This document shows positions 29,076-39,103 of a stretch of DNA of 64,000 bases, piece after piece. The stretch comes from Candidatus Aminicenantales bacterium (GTDB taxonomy: Bacteria; Acidobacteriota; Aminicenantia; Aminicenantales; Saccharicenantaceae), in the NCBI GenBank assembly GCA_049512315.1, contig JBEKXF010000005.1, forward strand, positions 1 through 64,000. Direction: 5' to 3'. Below the pieces are notes generated by a model. The model had not been told where the DNA came from, searched no databases, and saw nothing but the letters and a program-made list of their open reading frames with translations. How positions within the stretch are numbered: the first letter of the stretch is position 1; the number at the start of each line of letters is the position of its first letter. The position numbers were made by a program, and so were the translations under genes.

Positions 29076-31811
29076 TTACTTGATCTCGACCGGCACGGGG
29101 CCGACGGTCCAGCCCTGACGTCCCCGAATGACAGCCTTTTTCGCGAGCTTCCGGCCCCCGACCTCGAGGGTCACCATGTACTCACCCGGGTCCACGAGCT
29201 GCCCCCCGGAATACCCCTCATAGCCCTCCTGCCGCTGGCCGGGCCGCTCCACCCGCATGGACCAGGCGACGCTATTGAGCCCGGCCTCGCCCTTGCCCGT
29301 GAGCTCGGCCAGGAGCTTGCCATAGGGGTCGGCGACCGTGATCTTAACCGGCCCGGCCGCCTTCGCCTTCAGATAATAGCTGATCCTGACCTCGTTGGGC
29401 TCGTTCGGCGTCGAGAGGTGGCTGTCGCCGAGGAGCTGGTAGTTGCCGATTCCGCCGTAGACCCGCTCCGTCCGGGGCTTGATGTCGAAGAGATGGACGT
29501 CCTCTGTGAGCGTCGCCTCGCCCAGCTCCTGGAGCGGCGAGATGTCCGTGACCCACAGGCTGCGGCCGAAGGTCGCCACAACGAGGTCGTTCTCGCGGGG
29601 GTGGATGAGGAGGTCCGTGACCTTGAGCCAGGGCATATTGGCCTTAAACGGGGCCCAGGTCCTGCCGCCGTCGAGCGTCGCGTACACGCCCTGCTCGGTC
29701 CCGACGAAGAGAAGCCCGGCGTTTTTCCGGTCCTGGATGACGACGTTGATCGGCTTCCCGGCCGGGAGGTCGCCCGCGATGGACGTCCAGGTCTCGCCGT
29801 AATCCGTGGTCTTGCAGAGGACAGGTTCGAACTTGTCGAACCGCAGTCCCGTCTTGGCGACGAAACACGTCCCGGCGTCGTGCGGCGAGGGGAAGACACG
29901 GCTGACCCAGAAGTTCTCGGGCGCGCCGGCCGCCGCGAGCTTCGCCGTCCGGTCGAGCCAGGTCGCGCCGCCGTCTTTCGTCATCTGGACCTTGCCGTCG
30001 TCGGCCCCGGTCCAAATGACGCCCGGCTTGACCGGCGACTCGCCGATCGTCGTGAGCGTGCAGTAGGAGATATTGCCCTCGCCGTGCTCCTTGGAGTCGT
30101 CGTTCGTCGTCAGGTCGGGGCTGATCTCCTCCCAATGGTCGCCCCGGTCGAGGGAGCGGAAGAGGACCTGAGCCCCGGCGTAGAGGATGGCCGGATTATG
30201 CGGCGAGAGATGGAGGGGCGGTGTCCAGTTGAAGCGGAGCGGCCTGTCCCCCGCGGCCCGCCTCGGCCGGATGTCGGTCTGGAAGCCGCTCTTCTGGTCC
30301 AGGCGCCACATGTCCCCGAACTCGCGGTTGTTGTAGACCCAGCGGCTGTCCGCCGGGTCGATCTGGTTGTACATGCCGTCGCCGACGCCGACCGTCACCC
30401 AGTCGGAGAGGCTGACCTCGCCGGCCCAGCCGTTCGACGGGCCCTTCCAGGAGTCGTGATCCTGCAGCCCGCCGTAAATGTTGTACGGGTCTTCCATGTC
30501 CACGCCGACGGCATAGAACTCGCCGCCGGGAATGTTGGCGAAATGGTGGCAGGTCCGGCCACGGTCATAGGAGATGTAGGTGCCGCCATCGCTGCCGAAG
30601 ATCAGCCGGCCCGAGTCGGCCGGGTCAACCCAGAGCGTCCGCCAGTCGCCGAAACCCCGGTCGAAAACGCCGTTCGACGGCCAGCTCAGCCCCTTCCACG
30701 TCTTGCCGCCGTCATTCGTGCTGGCCAGCGACTGGGCCGTGATGTAGACCGTATCGGGGTCCTGCTGGTCCAGGCGGAGCATGTTGAACGAGTAGGGGGC
30801 CTTGTCGAGCGCGGCTTCATAGCCCTTGTTGGCTTTCCGCCAGGACCGGCCGCCGTCGTCCGTGCGGAAGACCTCGTTCCCAAACGTTCGAAGGCGCGGC
30901 GCGACGTCGCGTCGCTTGTCCTGCTCGAGCTCCTGGGGATTCGCCGGCCGCGGGTTGCCGTTCTCGACGATGGCGTAGAGGATGTCGGGGTTTTTCTGGA
31001 AGACATCGAGCCCGATCCGGCCGACGCGCCCCGAAGGCAGGCCGCCGCTGAGGCGAGACCAAGTCCTGCCACCGTCGGTCGTCTTGTAGATCCCGCTCTC
31101 GGGCCCACCCATCTCGTAATTCCAGGGCAGGCGGACCTGGTCGTACATCGCGGCGTAGAGGGTGTCGGGGGCCGACTGGACGAGCATCAGGTCCACGGCG
31201 CCGATCTTATCATTGACGTACAGGATTTTTTGCCAGGTCCGGCCGCCGTCGGTCGTCTTGAAGACGCCCCGCTCGACGTTGGTCGAGAAGAGGTGGCCCA
31301 TCGCGGCGACATAGACAATATCGGGGTTCCCCGGATGGATCATGATCCGGGCGATGTGGTGCGAATCGCGGAGGCCCATGTTCGTCCAGGTCTTGCCGGC
31401 GTCGACGGACTTGTAGATCCCGTCGCCGGACGTCGACATCCGGGTGCAAAAGGCGTCCCCGGTCCCGACCCAGACGATGTTCGCGTCCGAGGGAGCGACG
31501 GCGATGTCGCCCATGGAGAGCTTCTCCTGGGCGTCGAAGACGGGCTCGAAGGTGACGCCGTTGTTCGTCGTCTTCCAGACGCCGCCGTTCCGCATCCCGA
31601 CGTAGATGGTGTAAAGGTGCTCCCGCGCCGGAGCCGCCGGGACGGCGATCGCCGACACCCACGAGCCCGCCCGGAAGGGGCCGAGGTTGCGATAGGGGAA
31701 GCTCTTGAGAAGGTCCCCGGCGGACCGCTCCTCCGCGACGGCCGCGGAGCCGACCGCCAGGAGAGCGATCAAGGTCCATGAAAAAAGTCTTTCGGGCGGA
31801 CGGGTCTTCAT
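29076..31811 (-). CDS. Secreted BNR/Asp-box beta-propeller (VPS10/sortilin-like) putative hydrolase
   Basis: Many (K/R)(T/S)xDGG.TW Asp-boxes; GGVWKTTN, IYGGLQDH, RFNWTPP, VVATFGRSLW. Confidence 0.85.
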   Translation of the reverse strand: MKTRPPERLFSWTLIALLAVGSAAVAEERSAGDLLKSFPYRNLGPFRAGSWVSAIAVPAAPAREHLYTIYVGMRNGGVWKTTNNGVTFEPVFDAQEKLSMGDIAVAPSDANIVWVGTGDAFCTRMSTSGDGIYKSVDAGKTWTNMGLRDSHHIARIMIHPGNPDIVYVAAMGHLFSTNVERGVFKTTDGGRTWQKILYVNDKIGAVDLMLVQSAPDTLYAAMYDQVRLPWNYEMGGPESGIYKTTDGGRTWSRLSGGLPSGRVGRIGLDVFQKNPDILYAIVENGNPRPANPQELEQDKRRDVAPRLRTFGNEVFRTDDGGRSWRKANKGYEAALDKAPYSFNMLRLDQQDPDTVYITAQSLASTNDGGKTWKGLSWPSNGVFDRGFGDWRTLWVDPADSGRLIFGSDGGTYISYDRGRTCHHFANIPGGEFYAVGVDMEDPYNIYGGLQDHDSWKGPSNGWAGEVSLSDWVTVGVGDGMYNQIDPADSRWVYNNREFGDMWRLDQKSGFQTDIRPRRAAGDRPLRFNWTPPLHLSPHNPAILYAGAQVLFRSLDRGDHWEEISPDLTTNDDSKEHGEGNISYCTLTTIGESPVKPGVIWTGADDGKVQMTKDGGATWLDRTAKLAAAGAPENFWVSRVFPSPHDAGTCFVAKTGLRFDKFEPVLCKTTDYGETWTSIAGDLPAGKPINVVIQDRKNAGLLFVGTEQGVYATLDGGRTWAPFKANMPWLKVTDLLIHPRENDLVVATFGRSLWVTDISPLQELGEATLTEDVHLFDIKPRTERVYGGIGNYQLLGDSHLSTPNEPNEVRISYYLKAKAAGPVKITVADPYGKLLAELTGKGEAGLNSVAWSMRVERPGQRQEGYEGYSGGQLVDPGEYMVTLEVGGRKLAKKAVIRGRQGWTVGPVPVEIK

Positions 31812-31894
31812 GAGTCCTCCCGTGGTTTCCGAAATTTCCCGGCGATAATCATCGCATTTATTGGCCCCGGGCCTGAAATATTATATATCAAAAA

Positions 31895-31992
31895 TGGGGA
31901 CGGTCCTGTTTTTCGTCCGCGTTAAGCTCGGCCTGCCTTTCCCCGATCGTGTGAAAAAACAGGACCGTCCCCACTTCTTGTCCCCACTTCTT
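31895..31992. repeat. GGGGAC-type inverted-repeat element with terminal tandem duplication
   Basis: Perfect 19-bp arms TGGGGACGGTCCTGTTTTT (31895-31913) / AAAAACAGGACCGTCCCCA (31955-31973); GTCCCCACTTCTT x2 at 31967-31992. Confidence 0.85.
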
Positions 31993-31999
31993 TTTGAGG

Positions 32000-32027
32000 T
32001 TGCCCCGTCCGCCGGGGTGGATATAAT
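32000..32027 (+). promoter_or_regulatory. Sigma70-like promoter for the ara operon
   Basis: TTGCCC-N16-TATAAT. Confidence 0.5.
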
Positions 32028-32071
32028 AAGAAGGCGACGGGAAAGGCGGCGGAGACGGAAAGGAGCGGAAG

Positions 32072-33778
32072 TTGGCTGACAAAGAAAAGCCCAGGTATGC
32101 CATAGGCCTCGACTTCGGGACCAACTCCGTCCGGACCCTCATCGTCGACGCCCGGAACGGGAACGAGGTCGGGACCGCGATCTTCAGCTACCCGACCGGC
32201 GGCGCCGGCATCATCCTCGACCGCAAGGACCCCAACCTGGCCCGGCAGAACCCGGCCGACTGGATCGAGGGGATCGAGGTGACGGTCAGGGAGGCGGTCG
32301 CCGCGGCCGGAAAGAAGGACAGGGAATTCGCTCCGCAATGCGTCATCGGGATCGGCGTCGACACGACGGGCTCGACTCCGCTTCCCGTGGACCGGGCCGG
32401 CAAGCCCCTGGCCCTCTACAAGGAATTCCGGAAGAACCCGAACGCCCAGGCCTGGCTTTGGAAGGACCACGCCGGCCACCGCGAGGCCGCCGAGATCACG
32501 ACCCTGGCCGCAAGCGAGCACCCGGAATACCTGGCCAAGTGCGGCGGGACCTATTCCTCCGAATGGTTCTGGAGCAAGATCCTCCACTGCCTGAGGGTCG
32601 ACCCGAAAGTCTCGACTGCCGCTTTCTCCTGGGTCGAGTGCGCCGACTACATCCCGGCCGTGCTCACGGGCACGACGGACCCGTTGACGATGAAACGGAG
32701 CCGTTGCGCGGCCGGCCACAAGGCGATGTTCAACGACGCCTGGGGGGGCCTGCCGGCCAGGGATTTCCTGGCCAAACTCGACCCCCGGCTCGGCGAGCTC
32801 CGCGACCGCCTCTATAAAAAAACATACACCACGGACGTCGCCGCGGGGACGCTCACGAAGGATTGGGCCAAGAAGCTCGGGCTGAGGCCGGCCATCCCGG
32901 TCGCGGTCGGGGCCTTCGACGCTCACCTCGGCGCCGTCGGCTCCGGCGTGGACACGGGGCGCTTCGTCAAGATCATCGGCACGAGCACCTGCGACATCTG
33001 CGTCTGGCCGGCCGGGAGAAAGCTCCCGGACATCCCCGGCCTCTGCGGCATCGTCGACGGCTCGGTCCTCCCGGGCTACCTGGGGCTCGAGGCCGGCCAG
33101 TCGGCGGTCGGCGATATCTTCAACTGGCTCGTGAACGAGATGGAGCCGGGCGGGCCGAAGAAGGGTTCCCACGAGGCTCTGACCCGGAAGGCCGCGACCC
33201 TCAAGCCCGGGGAGTCGGGCCTCCTCGCCCTCGACTGGCACAACGGCAACCGGACCATCCTCGTCGACCAGCGGCTGACCGGCCTCATCGTCGGGCTGAC
33301 CCTCCACACGACGCCCGGGGAGATCTACCGGGCCCTCATCGAGGCCACGGCCTTCGGGGCCCTGACCATCATCAAGCGCTTCCGGGAATACGGCGTCAAC
33401 ATCGAGGAGGTCGTCAACTGCGGGGGGATCGCCGAGAAGAACCCGCTGGTCATGCAGATCTACGCCGACGTCACCGGCCTCGAGATGAAGGTCGCCCGCT
33501 CTGCCCAGACCTGCGCCCTCGGCTCGGCCATGGCCGGGGCCGTGGTCGCCGGGAAGAAGGCCGGCGGCCACGCGACTTTCGCCGCGGCCCAGGCCGCGAT
33601 GTCGGAGGTCAAGAAAAAAACCTTCAAACCGGACCCGGAAAATCATAGAATCTACGTGGAGCTATACCGCCTTTACCGGGAGCTCCACGACGCCTTCGGC
33701 ACCAAGGAGTGGAGGGGGAACTTGTCCCCCGTCATGAAGGAGCTTCTGGCGATCAGGGACCGCCAGCTGAGGCCGTAG
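32072..33778 (+). CDS. araB: L-ribulokinase
   Basis: IGLDFGTNSVR, GVDTTGSTP, LWKDH, GGTYSSEWFWSK, CAAGHKA, GAFDAH, EAGQSAVGD, LDWHNGNR. TTG start with AAGGAG SD. Confidence 0.93.
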   Translation: MADKEKPRYAIGLDFGTNSVRTLIVDARNGNEVGTAIFSYPTGGAGIILDRKDPNLARQNPADWIEGIEVTVREAVAAAGKKDREFAPQCVIGIGVDTTGSTPLPVDRAGKPLALYKEFRKNPNAQAWLWKDHAGHREAAEITTLAASEHPEYLAKCGGTYSSEWFWSKILHCLRVDPKVSTAAFSWVECADYIPAVLTGTTDPLTMKRSRCAAGHKAMFNDAWGGLPARDFLAKLDPRLGELRDRLYKKTYTTDVAAGTLTKDWAKKLGLRPAIPVAVGAFDAHLGAVGSGVDTGRFVKIIGTSTCDICVWPAGRKLPDIPGLCGIVDGSVLPGYLGLEAGQSAVGDIFNWLVNEMEPGGPKKGSHEALTRKAATLKPGESGLLALDWHNGNRTILVDQRLTGLIVGLTLHTTPGEIYRALIEATAFGALTIIKRFREYGVNIEEVVNCGGIAEKNPLVMQIYADVTGLEMKVARSAQTCALGSAMAGAVVAGKKAGGHATFAAAQAAMSEVKKKTFKPDPENHRIYVELYRLYRELHDAFGTKEWRGNLSPVMKELLAIRDRQLRP

Positions 33779-33780
33779 CC

Positions 33781-34485
33781 ATGATGACCGAGCTCAAGGA
33801 ACTCGTTTGGAAGGCCAACCTGGACCTCTCGAAGTCCGGACTCGTCCTCCTGACCTTCGGCAACGTCAGCGGCATCGACCGCCGGCGCGGAATCCTGGCC
33901 ATCAAGCCGAGCGGCGTGCCCTACGAAGAACTCAAAGCCGAGGACATCGTCCTCGTTGACCTCGAGGGAAGGGTCATCGAGGGCGGCCTCAACCCGTCCT
34001 CCGACACGCCCACCCATGTCGAGCTCTACAAGGCCTTTCCCGACATCGGGGGCATCGCCCATGCCCACAGCGAGTACGCGACGGCGTTCGCCCAGGCCCG
34101 GCGGGAGATCCCTTGCCTCGGGACGACCCACGCCGATCTCGTCCACGGCCCGGTCCCTGTGACGCGGCCGCTCGCCGAGGCCGAGGTCGTCCGCAACTAC
34201 GAGGTCAACACGGGCAAGGTCATCGTCGAACGTTTCGCCGTCCTCAGCCCTCTCGTGATCCCGGCCGTACTCGTCGCCGGCCACGGGCCTTTCACCTGGG
34301 GCCGGTCCCCGGGGGAGGCAGTCCGCGCCAGCATGATCCTCGAGCAGGTGGCCAAGACCGCCTTCGTCACGATGACCCTCAACCCCGGACAGGCGCCCCT
34401 GGAGGATTTCCTTCTGGAAAAGCATTTCCAGAGAAAGCACGGGCCCCACGCAACGTACGGCCAGAAAAAAGGAGAACCCCGATGA
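33781..34485 (+). CDS. araD: L-ribulose-5-phosphate 4-epimerase
   Basis: TFGNVSG, IKPSGV, PSSDTPTH, HAHS, GTTHAD, HGPFTWG, HFQRKHG..A.YGQ. Confidence 0.95.
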   Translation: MMTELKELVWKANLDLSKSGLVLLTFGNVSGIDRRRGILAIKPSGVPYEELKAEDIVLVDLEGRVIEGGLNPSSDTPTHVELYKAFPDIGGIAHAHSEYATAFAQARREIPCLGTTHADLVHGPVPVTRPLAEAEVVRNYEVNTGKVIVERFAVLSPLVIPAVLVAGHGPFTWGRSPGEAVRASMILEQVAKTAFVTMTLNPGQAPLEDFLLEKHFQRKHGPHATYGQKKGEPR

Positions 34486-35960
34486 AGAACATCCCGAAGG
34501 TCAATCTGGGGATCGTCGCCGTCAGCCGCGACTGCTTCCCGATCGAGCTGTCACGGAGGCGACGCGTCCAGGTCGTCGCCGAATGCCGCAAGGCCGGGCT
34601 CCCGGTCGCGGAGATCAAGACGACGATCGAGAACGAGAAGGACGCTCTGGCGGCCCTCGAGGAGGTCCGGTCGAAGCGCGTCAACGCCCTCGTCATCTAC
34701 CTCGGCAACTTCGGCCCCGAGGGACCGACGACGATCCTGGCCCAGAAGTTCGGCGGGCCGGTGATGTTCGCTGCGGCGGCCGAAGAGACGGGCAAGGACC
34801 TGGTCAACGGCCGGGGGGACGCCTATTGCGGGATGCTCAACTCGTCCTATAACCTGGGGCTGCGGAAGCTCCGGCCTTATATCCCTGAATATCCGGTGGG
34901 AACGCCGGCAGAGGTCGCGAAAATGATGAAGGGGTTCGTCCCCGTGGCCCGGATCATCCTGGGCCTCAAGAAGCTCAAGATCTTCGCCTTCGGGCCGAGG
35001 CCCCAGGATTTTCTGGCCTGCAACGCGCCCATCAAGCCGCTCTACGACCTCGGCGTCGAGATCATGGAGAACAGCGAGCTCGACCTTTACGACATCTTCC
35101 TCAAGGCTAAGGACGAGCGACGCATCAAGGCCGTGGCCAGGGACATGGCCGGGGAGCTCGGTGCCGGCAACAAGTTCCCCGACGCCCTGGCCAAACTGGC
35201 CCAGTTCGAGGTGGCCCTCCTCAAGTTCATGGAGACGAACCTCGGCGCGTCCGAGTACGGGGTCTTCGCCGACAAGTGCTGGCCGGCTTTCGAATCGTAT
35301 TTCGGGTTCGTCCCGTGCTACGTGAACTCGCGGCTGGCCGCGCGCGGCATCCCGGTTTCATGCGAGGTCGATATCTACGGGGCGCTGAGCGAGTATATTT
35401 GCGCCGCGGCGACCGAACTTCCGGCAACCCTGCTCGATATCAACAACACCGTACCCTACGACATGATCAAGGCCGCGAAGAAGGCCGTCGGCGACTACAA
35501 GGCGACGGACCTGTTCATGGGTTTCCACTGCGGCAATACGCCGGCGCCGTGCATGATGATGCCCGAGATGCGCTACCAGCTCATCATGCACCGGCTCCTG
35601 GAGCCCGGAAAAGATCCGGACATCACCCGCGGCACTCTCGAGGGCCGGATCCGGGCAGGCGAGGTGACGATCTTCCGGCTCCAGTCCACGGCCGACGCGG
35701 TCCTGCGGTCCTATGTGGCCGAGGGCGAGGTCCTCGACGTCGACCCGAAGTCGTTCGGCGGGATCGGGATCATCGGCGTCAAGGAGATGGGACGGTTCTA
35801 CCGGCACATCCTGATCGAGAAGCGCTTCCCCCACCACACGGCCGTGGCCTTCCGGCACGCCGGAAAGACGTTCTGGGCGGCGATGCGGATGCTCGGGATC
35901 GAGGACATCTCGTTCAACCGGCCGACGGGCATGCTGTATTCGACCGAAAACCCCTTCTAA
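34482..35960 (+). CDS. L-fucose/L-arabinose isomerase family protein (FucI-like; probable alternative L-arabinose isomerase)
   Basis: GIVAVSRDCFP, YLGNFGPE, RGDAYCG, CWPAFE, SCEVD, FHCGN, FPHH; translationally coupled to araD (ATGA). Confidence 0.85.
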   Translation: MKNIPKVNLGIVAVSRDCFPIELSRRRRVQVVAECRKAGLPVAEIKTTIENEKDALAALEEVRSKRVNALVIYLGNFGPEGPTTILAQKFGGPVMFAAAAEETGKDLVNGRGDAYCGMLNSSYNLGLRKLRPYIPEYPVGTPAEVAKMMKGFVPVARIILGLKKLKIFAFGPRPQDFLACNAPIKPLYDLGVEIMENSELDLYDIFLKAKDERRIKAVARDMAGELGAGNKFPDALAKLAQFEVALLKFMETNLGASEYGVFADKCWPAFESYFGFVPCYVNSRLAARGIPVSCEVDIYGALSEYICAAATELPATLLDINNTVPYDMIKAAKKAVGDYKATDLFMGFHCGNTPAPCMMMPEMRYQLIMHRLLEPGKDPDITRGTLEGRIRAGEVTIFRLQSTADAVLRSYVAEGEVLDVDPKSFGGIGIIGVKEMGRFYRHILIEKRFPHHTAVAFRHAGKTFWAAMRMLGIEDISFNRPTGMLYSTENPF

Positions 35961-36035
35961 TTTAGTGACGTACAACTCAATCACTTAATTCCATAGAGGC
36001 TAGAATTTCGGTAATTAGTTGTATGTCACCGAATT
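35961..36035. repeat. REP/MITE-like inverted-repeat element, family 1 copy B
   Basis: Arms GTGACGTACAACT / AGTTGTATGTCAC (12/13); begins right at the isomerase stop codon. Confidence 0.8.
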
Positions 36036-36118
36036 AACGGGGTCTTTCGGGCGGCTTCCATCCACGCACAACTATCGCCGCTCGATTTTCTGGGATGGTC
36101 ATTCACTTCCCTTACGAA

Positions 36119-37396
36119 TCAGGATTGGGCGAAGGACTCGAAGAGGCGGGCGAAGGCGGCCCGTCGCCGGAGGAGCTTGCGCCGCTGCCTGTTGTTGAAG
36201 GAAAAGCGGAAAGGCGAATGGGCCTCGAGCGCCTTCAGGTAAGAGCGGGTGTAAAGCTGCTTGAACCTGCCGGCGGTCGAAACGACGCCCTGGCTGAGGC
36301 TCGACCTGACGAGCTCCCGGAGCGGCTCGGCATCGGGCCCGCCGAAGCCGTCCAGGCCCTCGAGGACCCTGGCGCCGAAGCGGAACAGGCGATCGGTGAC
36401 CGCGTCCAAGGGCTCCCGGCCGGCCGACCGGGAAAAAACCGTCCTCAAGCCCGCTTCTCCATCCTCGATGACGTCCTCCAGGTCGTCCATGAGCTGGAGG
36501 TGGGCCCCGAAGCCGAACAGGAATTCCACCTGGCCGGCAGCGAGCGAGCCGGAGACAAGGCAGCCGTCGGCCAGGACAGAAGCGCCCCCCTTCTCCAGGC
36601 TGATGGCCACGATCTCCTCTTCGGTCCGCAGCCCCTCCGAACGGAGCAGGCGCAGGCTTTTCACCTGAGCCTCGTGGATCGCGATCAGGCTCTCGAACAC
36701 CTGGGGATTCCCTATACGGGTGAAGTCCCCTTCGATCATGGAGACGAGATCGAAGATCGTTCTTTCCCGGGGGTTCGCGGGCGCGACGTCTCGGCCCTCA
36801 AGGCGCGAGCGGAGCCGGCTGCTGAAGGCTTGTTTGGTCTCATCGGTTGCCGCCGGGTCGTCGAGATAATTGTCGGTCACGGGATAGAGCAGGCTGTAGG
36901 CGAAGATCGCCGGCGTCAGCCGGACGGGCAGGCCGAGGAGCCGCTGGAGCCCGTTCGCCACCCAGACGTTGCGGCAGGCCTGGAAGACGTCACCCGAGCT
37001 CGTGCCGGGGGCGAATTCCCGCGCCATCCGCACGAATTCCGTCGCCCCGCGATCGAATCCCCCGCCCATCAGGATATCGATGTGCCGGTCTTGCCAGTCC
37101 AGGGCCTCCCGGGCGAACCGGCCAAATGCGCCGAAAATGCGCTTCTCCGAGGCCTCGCGCCCGGACGGCGTGAGCGGAGAGCGCTTCGTCTCGGCCCGAA
37201 GGGCTTCGACGAACCGGGCGAGCACCTTCTCTTTGCCGGACCTCTCCCGTCGAGTGAACGTCCGCCCCAGGTCCGGGTGGCCGTCCCCACCTTCGCTCCA
37301 GAGAGCTGCAAATCGCGTGACCAGTTCCGGGACCGGGGGGACAAGGCTTGACGGATGGACGTCAGCCGGACGAAGGCGGGCGGAATCTTCACCCAT
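36119..37396 (-). CDS. Class I isoprenoid-synthase-fold protein of unknown function
   Basis: Asp-rich motifs TDNYLDD and QLMDDLEDV; Q..S, EKGG.S segments typical of the prenyltransferase fold. Confidence 0.65.
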   Translation of the reverse strand: MGEDSARLRPADVHPSSLVPPVPELVTRFAALWSEGGDGHPDLGRTFTRRERSGKEKVLARFVEALRAETKRSPLTPSGREASEKRIFGAFGRFAREALDWQDRHIDILMGGGFDRGATEFVRMAREFAPGTSSGDVFQACRNVWVANGLQRLLGLPVRLTPAIFAYSLLYPVTDNYLDDPAATDETKQAFSSRLRSRLEGRDVAPANPRERTIFDLVSMIEGDFTRIGNPQVFESLIAIHEAQVKSLRLLRSEGLRTEEEIVAISLEKGGASVLADGCLVSGSLAAGQVEFLFGFGAHLQLMDDLEDVIEDGEAGLRTVFSRSAGREPLDAVTDRLFRFGARVLEGLDGFGGPDAEPLRELVRSSLSQGVVSTAGRFKQLYTRSYLKALEAHSPFRFSFNNRQRRKLLRRRAAFARLFESFAQS

Positions 37397-37546
37397 GGAC
37401 TCTATTGACTATCATACTCAGCAGGAAAGTCAACATCGCCATCAAGGCGGCCTGAGGCGGGGTTGCCAATGAAGCGGCAGGAGGCGTTCGCGACGAGCCG
37501 ACGCGTTCTTCGAAATCGGCGCCGGATGATCTATAATAGGGAAGCC

Positions 37547-38584
37547 ATGAGAGCCGCCGTCTTGACCGGGCCCGGAAAGATCGCCGTCGGCGACTGGCCG
37601 AGGCCGGAGATCAAGGACAGGACCGACGTCCTCCTCCGGGTCAAGACCGTCGGCATCTGCGGCAGCGACCTCCATTACTACAGCGAGGAACGGGTCGGCG
37701 ATACCGTTATGCGCTACCCGGTCGTCCTCGGTCACGAGTGCGCCGCCGTCGTCGAGGAGACGGCGCCCGGCGTCAAAAAGGTCAAGCCGGGAGATCGGGT
37801 CGCGGTCGAGCCAGCCATCTCCTGCGGCGTCTGCGATCAATGCCGGGGCGGGCGGCCCAACACCTGCCGGACGCTCTCCTTCCTCGGCCACCCGAAAGAG
37901 CGGACCGGGGCGCTGACCGAGCTCATCGTCATGCCCGAAGAGAATTGCTATCCGCTGTCCGATCGCATGACCTTCGCCCAGGCGACCCTGGCCGAACCCC
38001 TGTCGATCGGCCTCCATGCCGTAAACCTGGCCGGGAACCTGAAGGGCAAAACAGCTGCGATCCTCGGGTCCGGGCCGATCGGCCTGAGCGTAGGGCTGGT
38101 CGCGCTCCACGCGGGCGCGGCCGCGACCTTCATGACGGACAAGGTCGAGGCGAGGGCCCGGGTCGCGGCCCGGGAGGCCGGCGCCCAGTGGACGGGGAAC
38201 CCGCTCGAGGCGGACATCGTCGCGGAGATCCTGGGGCTCGCGCCCGGCGGCCTCGACGTCGTTTTCGAATGCTGCGGCCAACAGGAGGCGCTCGACCAGG
38301 CCGTCGAGCTCCTGAAGCCCGGCGGAACGCTCCTTCTCGTCGGCATCCCCCTCGAGGGGCGCGTCTCGTTCGATATCAACCGGCTGAGGCGCCGCGAGCT
38401 CCGGCTCCAAAACGTCCGCCGGCAGAACCGGTGCATCGGCCCGGCCCTCCGGATGATCGGGGACGGCCGGATCAACGTCGACTTCATGGCCACCCACACG
38501 TTCCGGCTCGAGGACGCGCAGAAGGCCTTCGACACCGTCCTCCACTACCGCGACGGGGTCATCAAGGCCCTGGTCACGCCATGA
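37547..38584 (+). CDS. Zn-dependent medium-chain (polyol/sorbitol-type) dehydrogenase
   Basis: GICGSD.H, GHE, CGVCDQC..GRPNTC, EPLS, GSGPIG. Confidence 0.88.
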   Translation: MRAAVLTGPGKIAVGDWPRPEIKDRTDVLLRVKTVGICGSDLHYYSEERVGDTVMRYPVVLGHECAAVVEETAPGVKKVKPGDRVAVEPAISCGVCDQCRGGRPNTCRTLSFLGHPKERTGALTELIVMPEENCYPLSDRMTFAQATLAEPLSIGLHAVNLAGNLKGKTAAILGSGPIGLSVGLVALHAGAAATFMTDKVEARARVAAREAGAQWTGNPLEADIVAEILGLAPGGLDVVFECCGQQEALDQAVELLKPGGTLLLVGIPLEGRVSFDINRLRRRELRLQNVRRQNRCIGPALRMIGDGRINVDFMATHTFRLEDAQKAFDTVLHYRDGVIKALVTP

Positions 38585-38599
38585 CCTGGAGGGGCTTGC

Positions 38600-39082
38600 C
38601 TACCCGGCTTTCCTATCGGCCACCCAGAGATTGTCGTACTTGACAACCGGTCCGCGGAATTTTTCCTCGGCCACGAAGGTCTTCCCTCCGGGCATGAGGG
38701 TGTAGCGCACGGTATCGGTCGCCTCCCGTCCGTCGGGGAGGACCATTCGGGAGGAATAAACCAGTGAGTCGCCCTCCCAATAAAGACGGTTGTACTCTGT
38801 CATGCGCCCTTCTTTATTCACCTTCTCGACGCCATCCGTTGTGAGCTCGTAGTCGGATTCGTCGGTTTTTCCAGCTTTAACGGAGGCGCGGTGAAAGCGG
38901 AATATCGGCTCCTTGTGCTCAATGGTGATGGTCGTCTGGTCGTACTTCGCCCAATTCGCCAGCTGGCTTTTCTGGGGGTTGATCATCCACACTCCGGAAT
39001 AATTGGGCTTTTCCGGGACGGATGCGGCCAGGACCGCGGACGCCAGCAAGACGGCCGGGCCGATCGTCTTACGTTTTATCAT
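38600..39082 (-). CDS. Secreted hypothetical protein (lipocalin-like beta barrel)
   Basis: Signal peptide; PNYSGVW.IN..KS N-terminal GxW motif; beta-rich. Confidence 0.6.
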   Translation of the reverse strand: MIKRKTIGPAVLLASAVLAASVPEKPNYSGVWMINPQKSQLANWAKYDQTTITIEHKEPIFRFHRASVKAGKTDESDYELTTDGVEKVNKEGRMTEYNRLYWEGDSLVYSSRMVLPDGREATDTVRYTLMPGGKTFVAEEKFRGPVVKYDNLWVADRKAG

Positions 39083-39103
39083 GTCTGAATCTCCTGTGGA
39101 GGG

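Noticed and set aside
24243..36035. CRISPR array or integron attC cassettes for the palindromic repeats
   Set aside because: Repeats are dispersed inverted pairs, not tandem repeat-spacer units; no cas or intI gene, and flanking genes are ordinary operon members.
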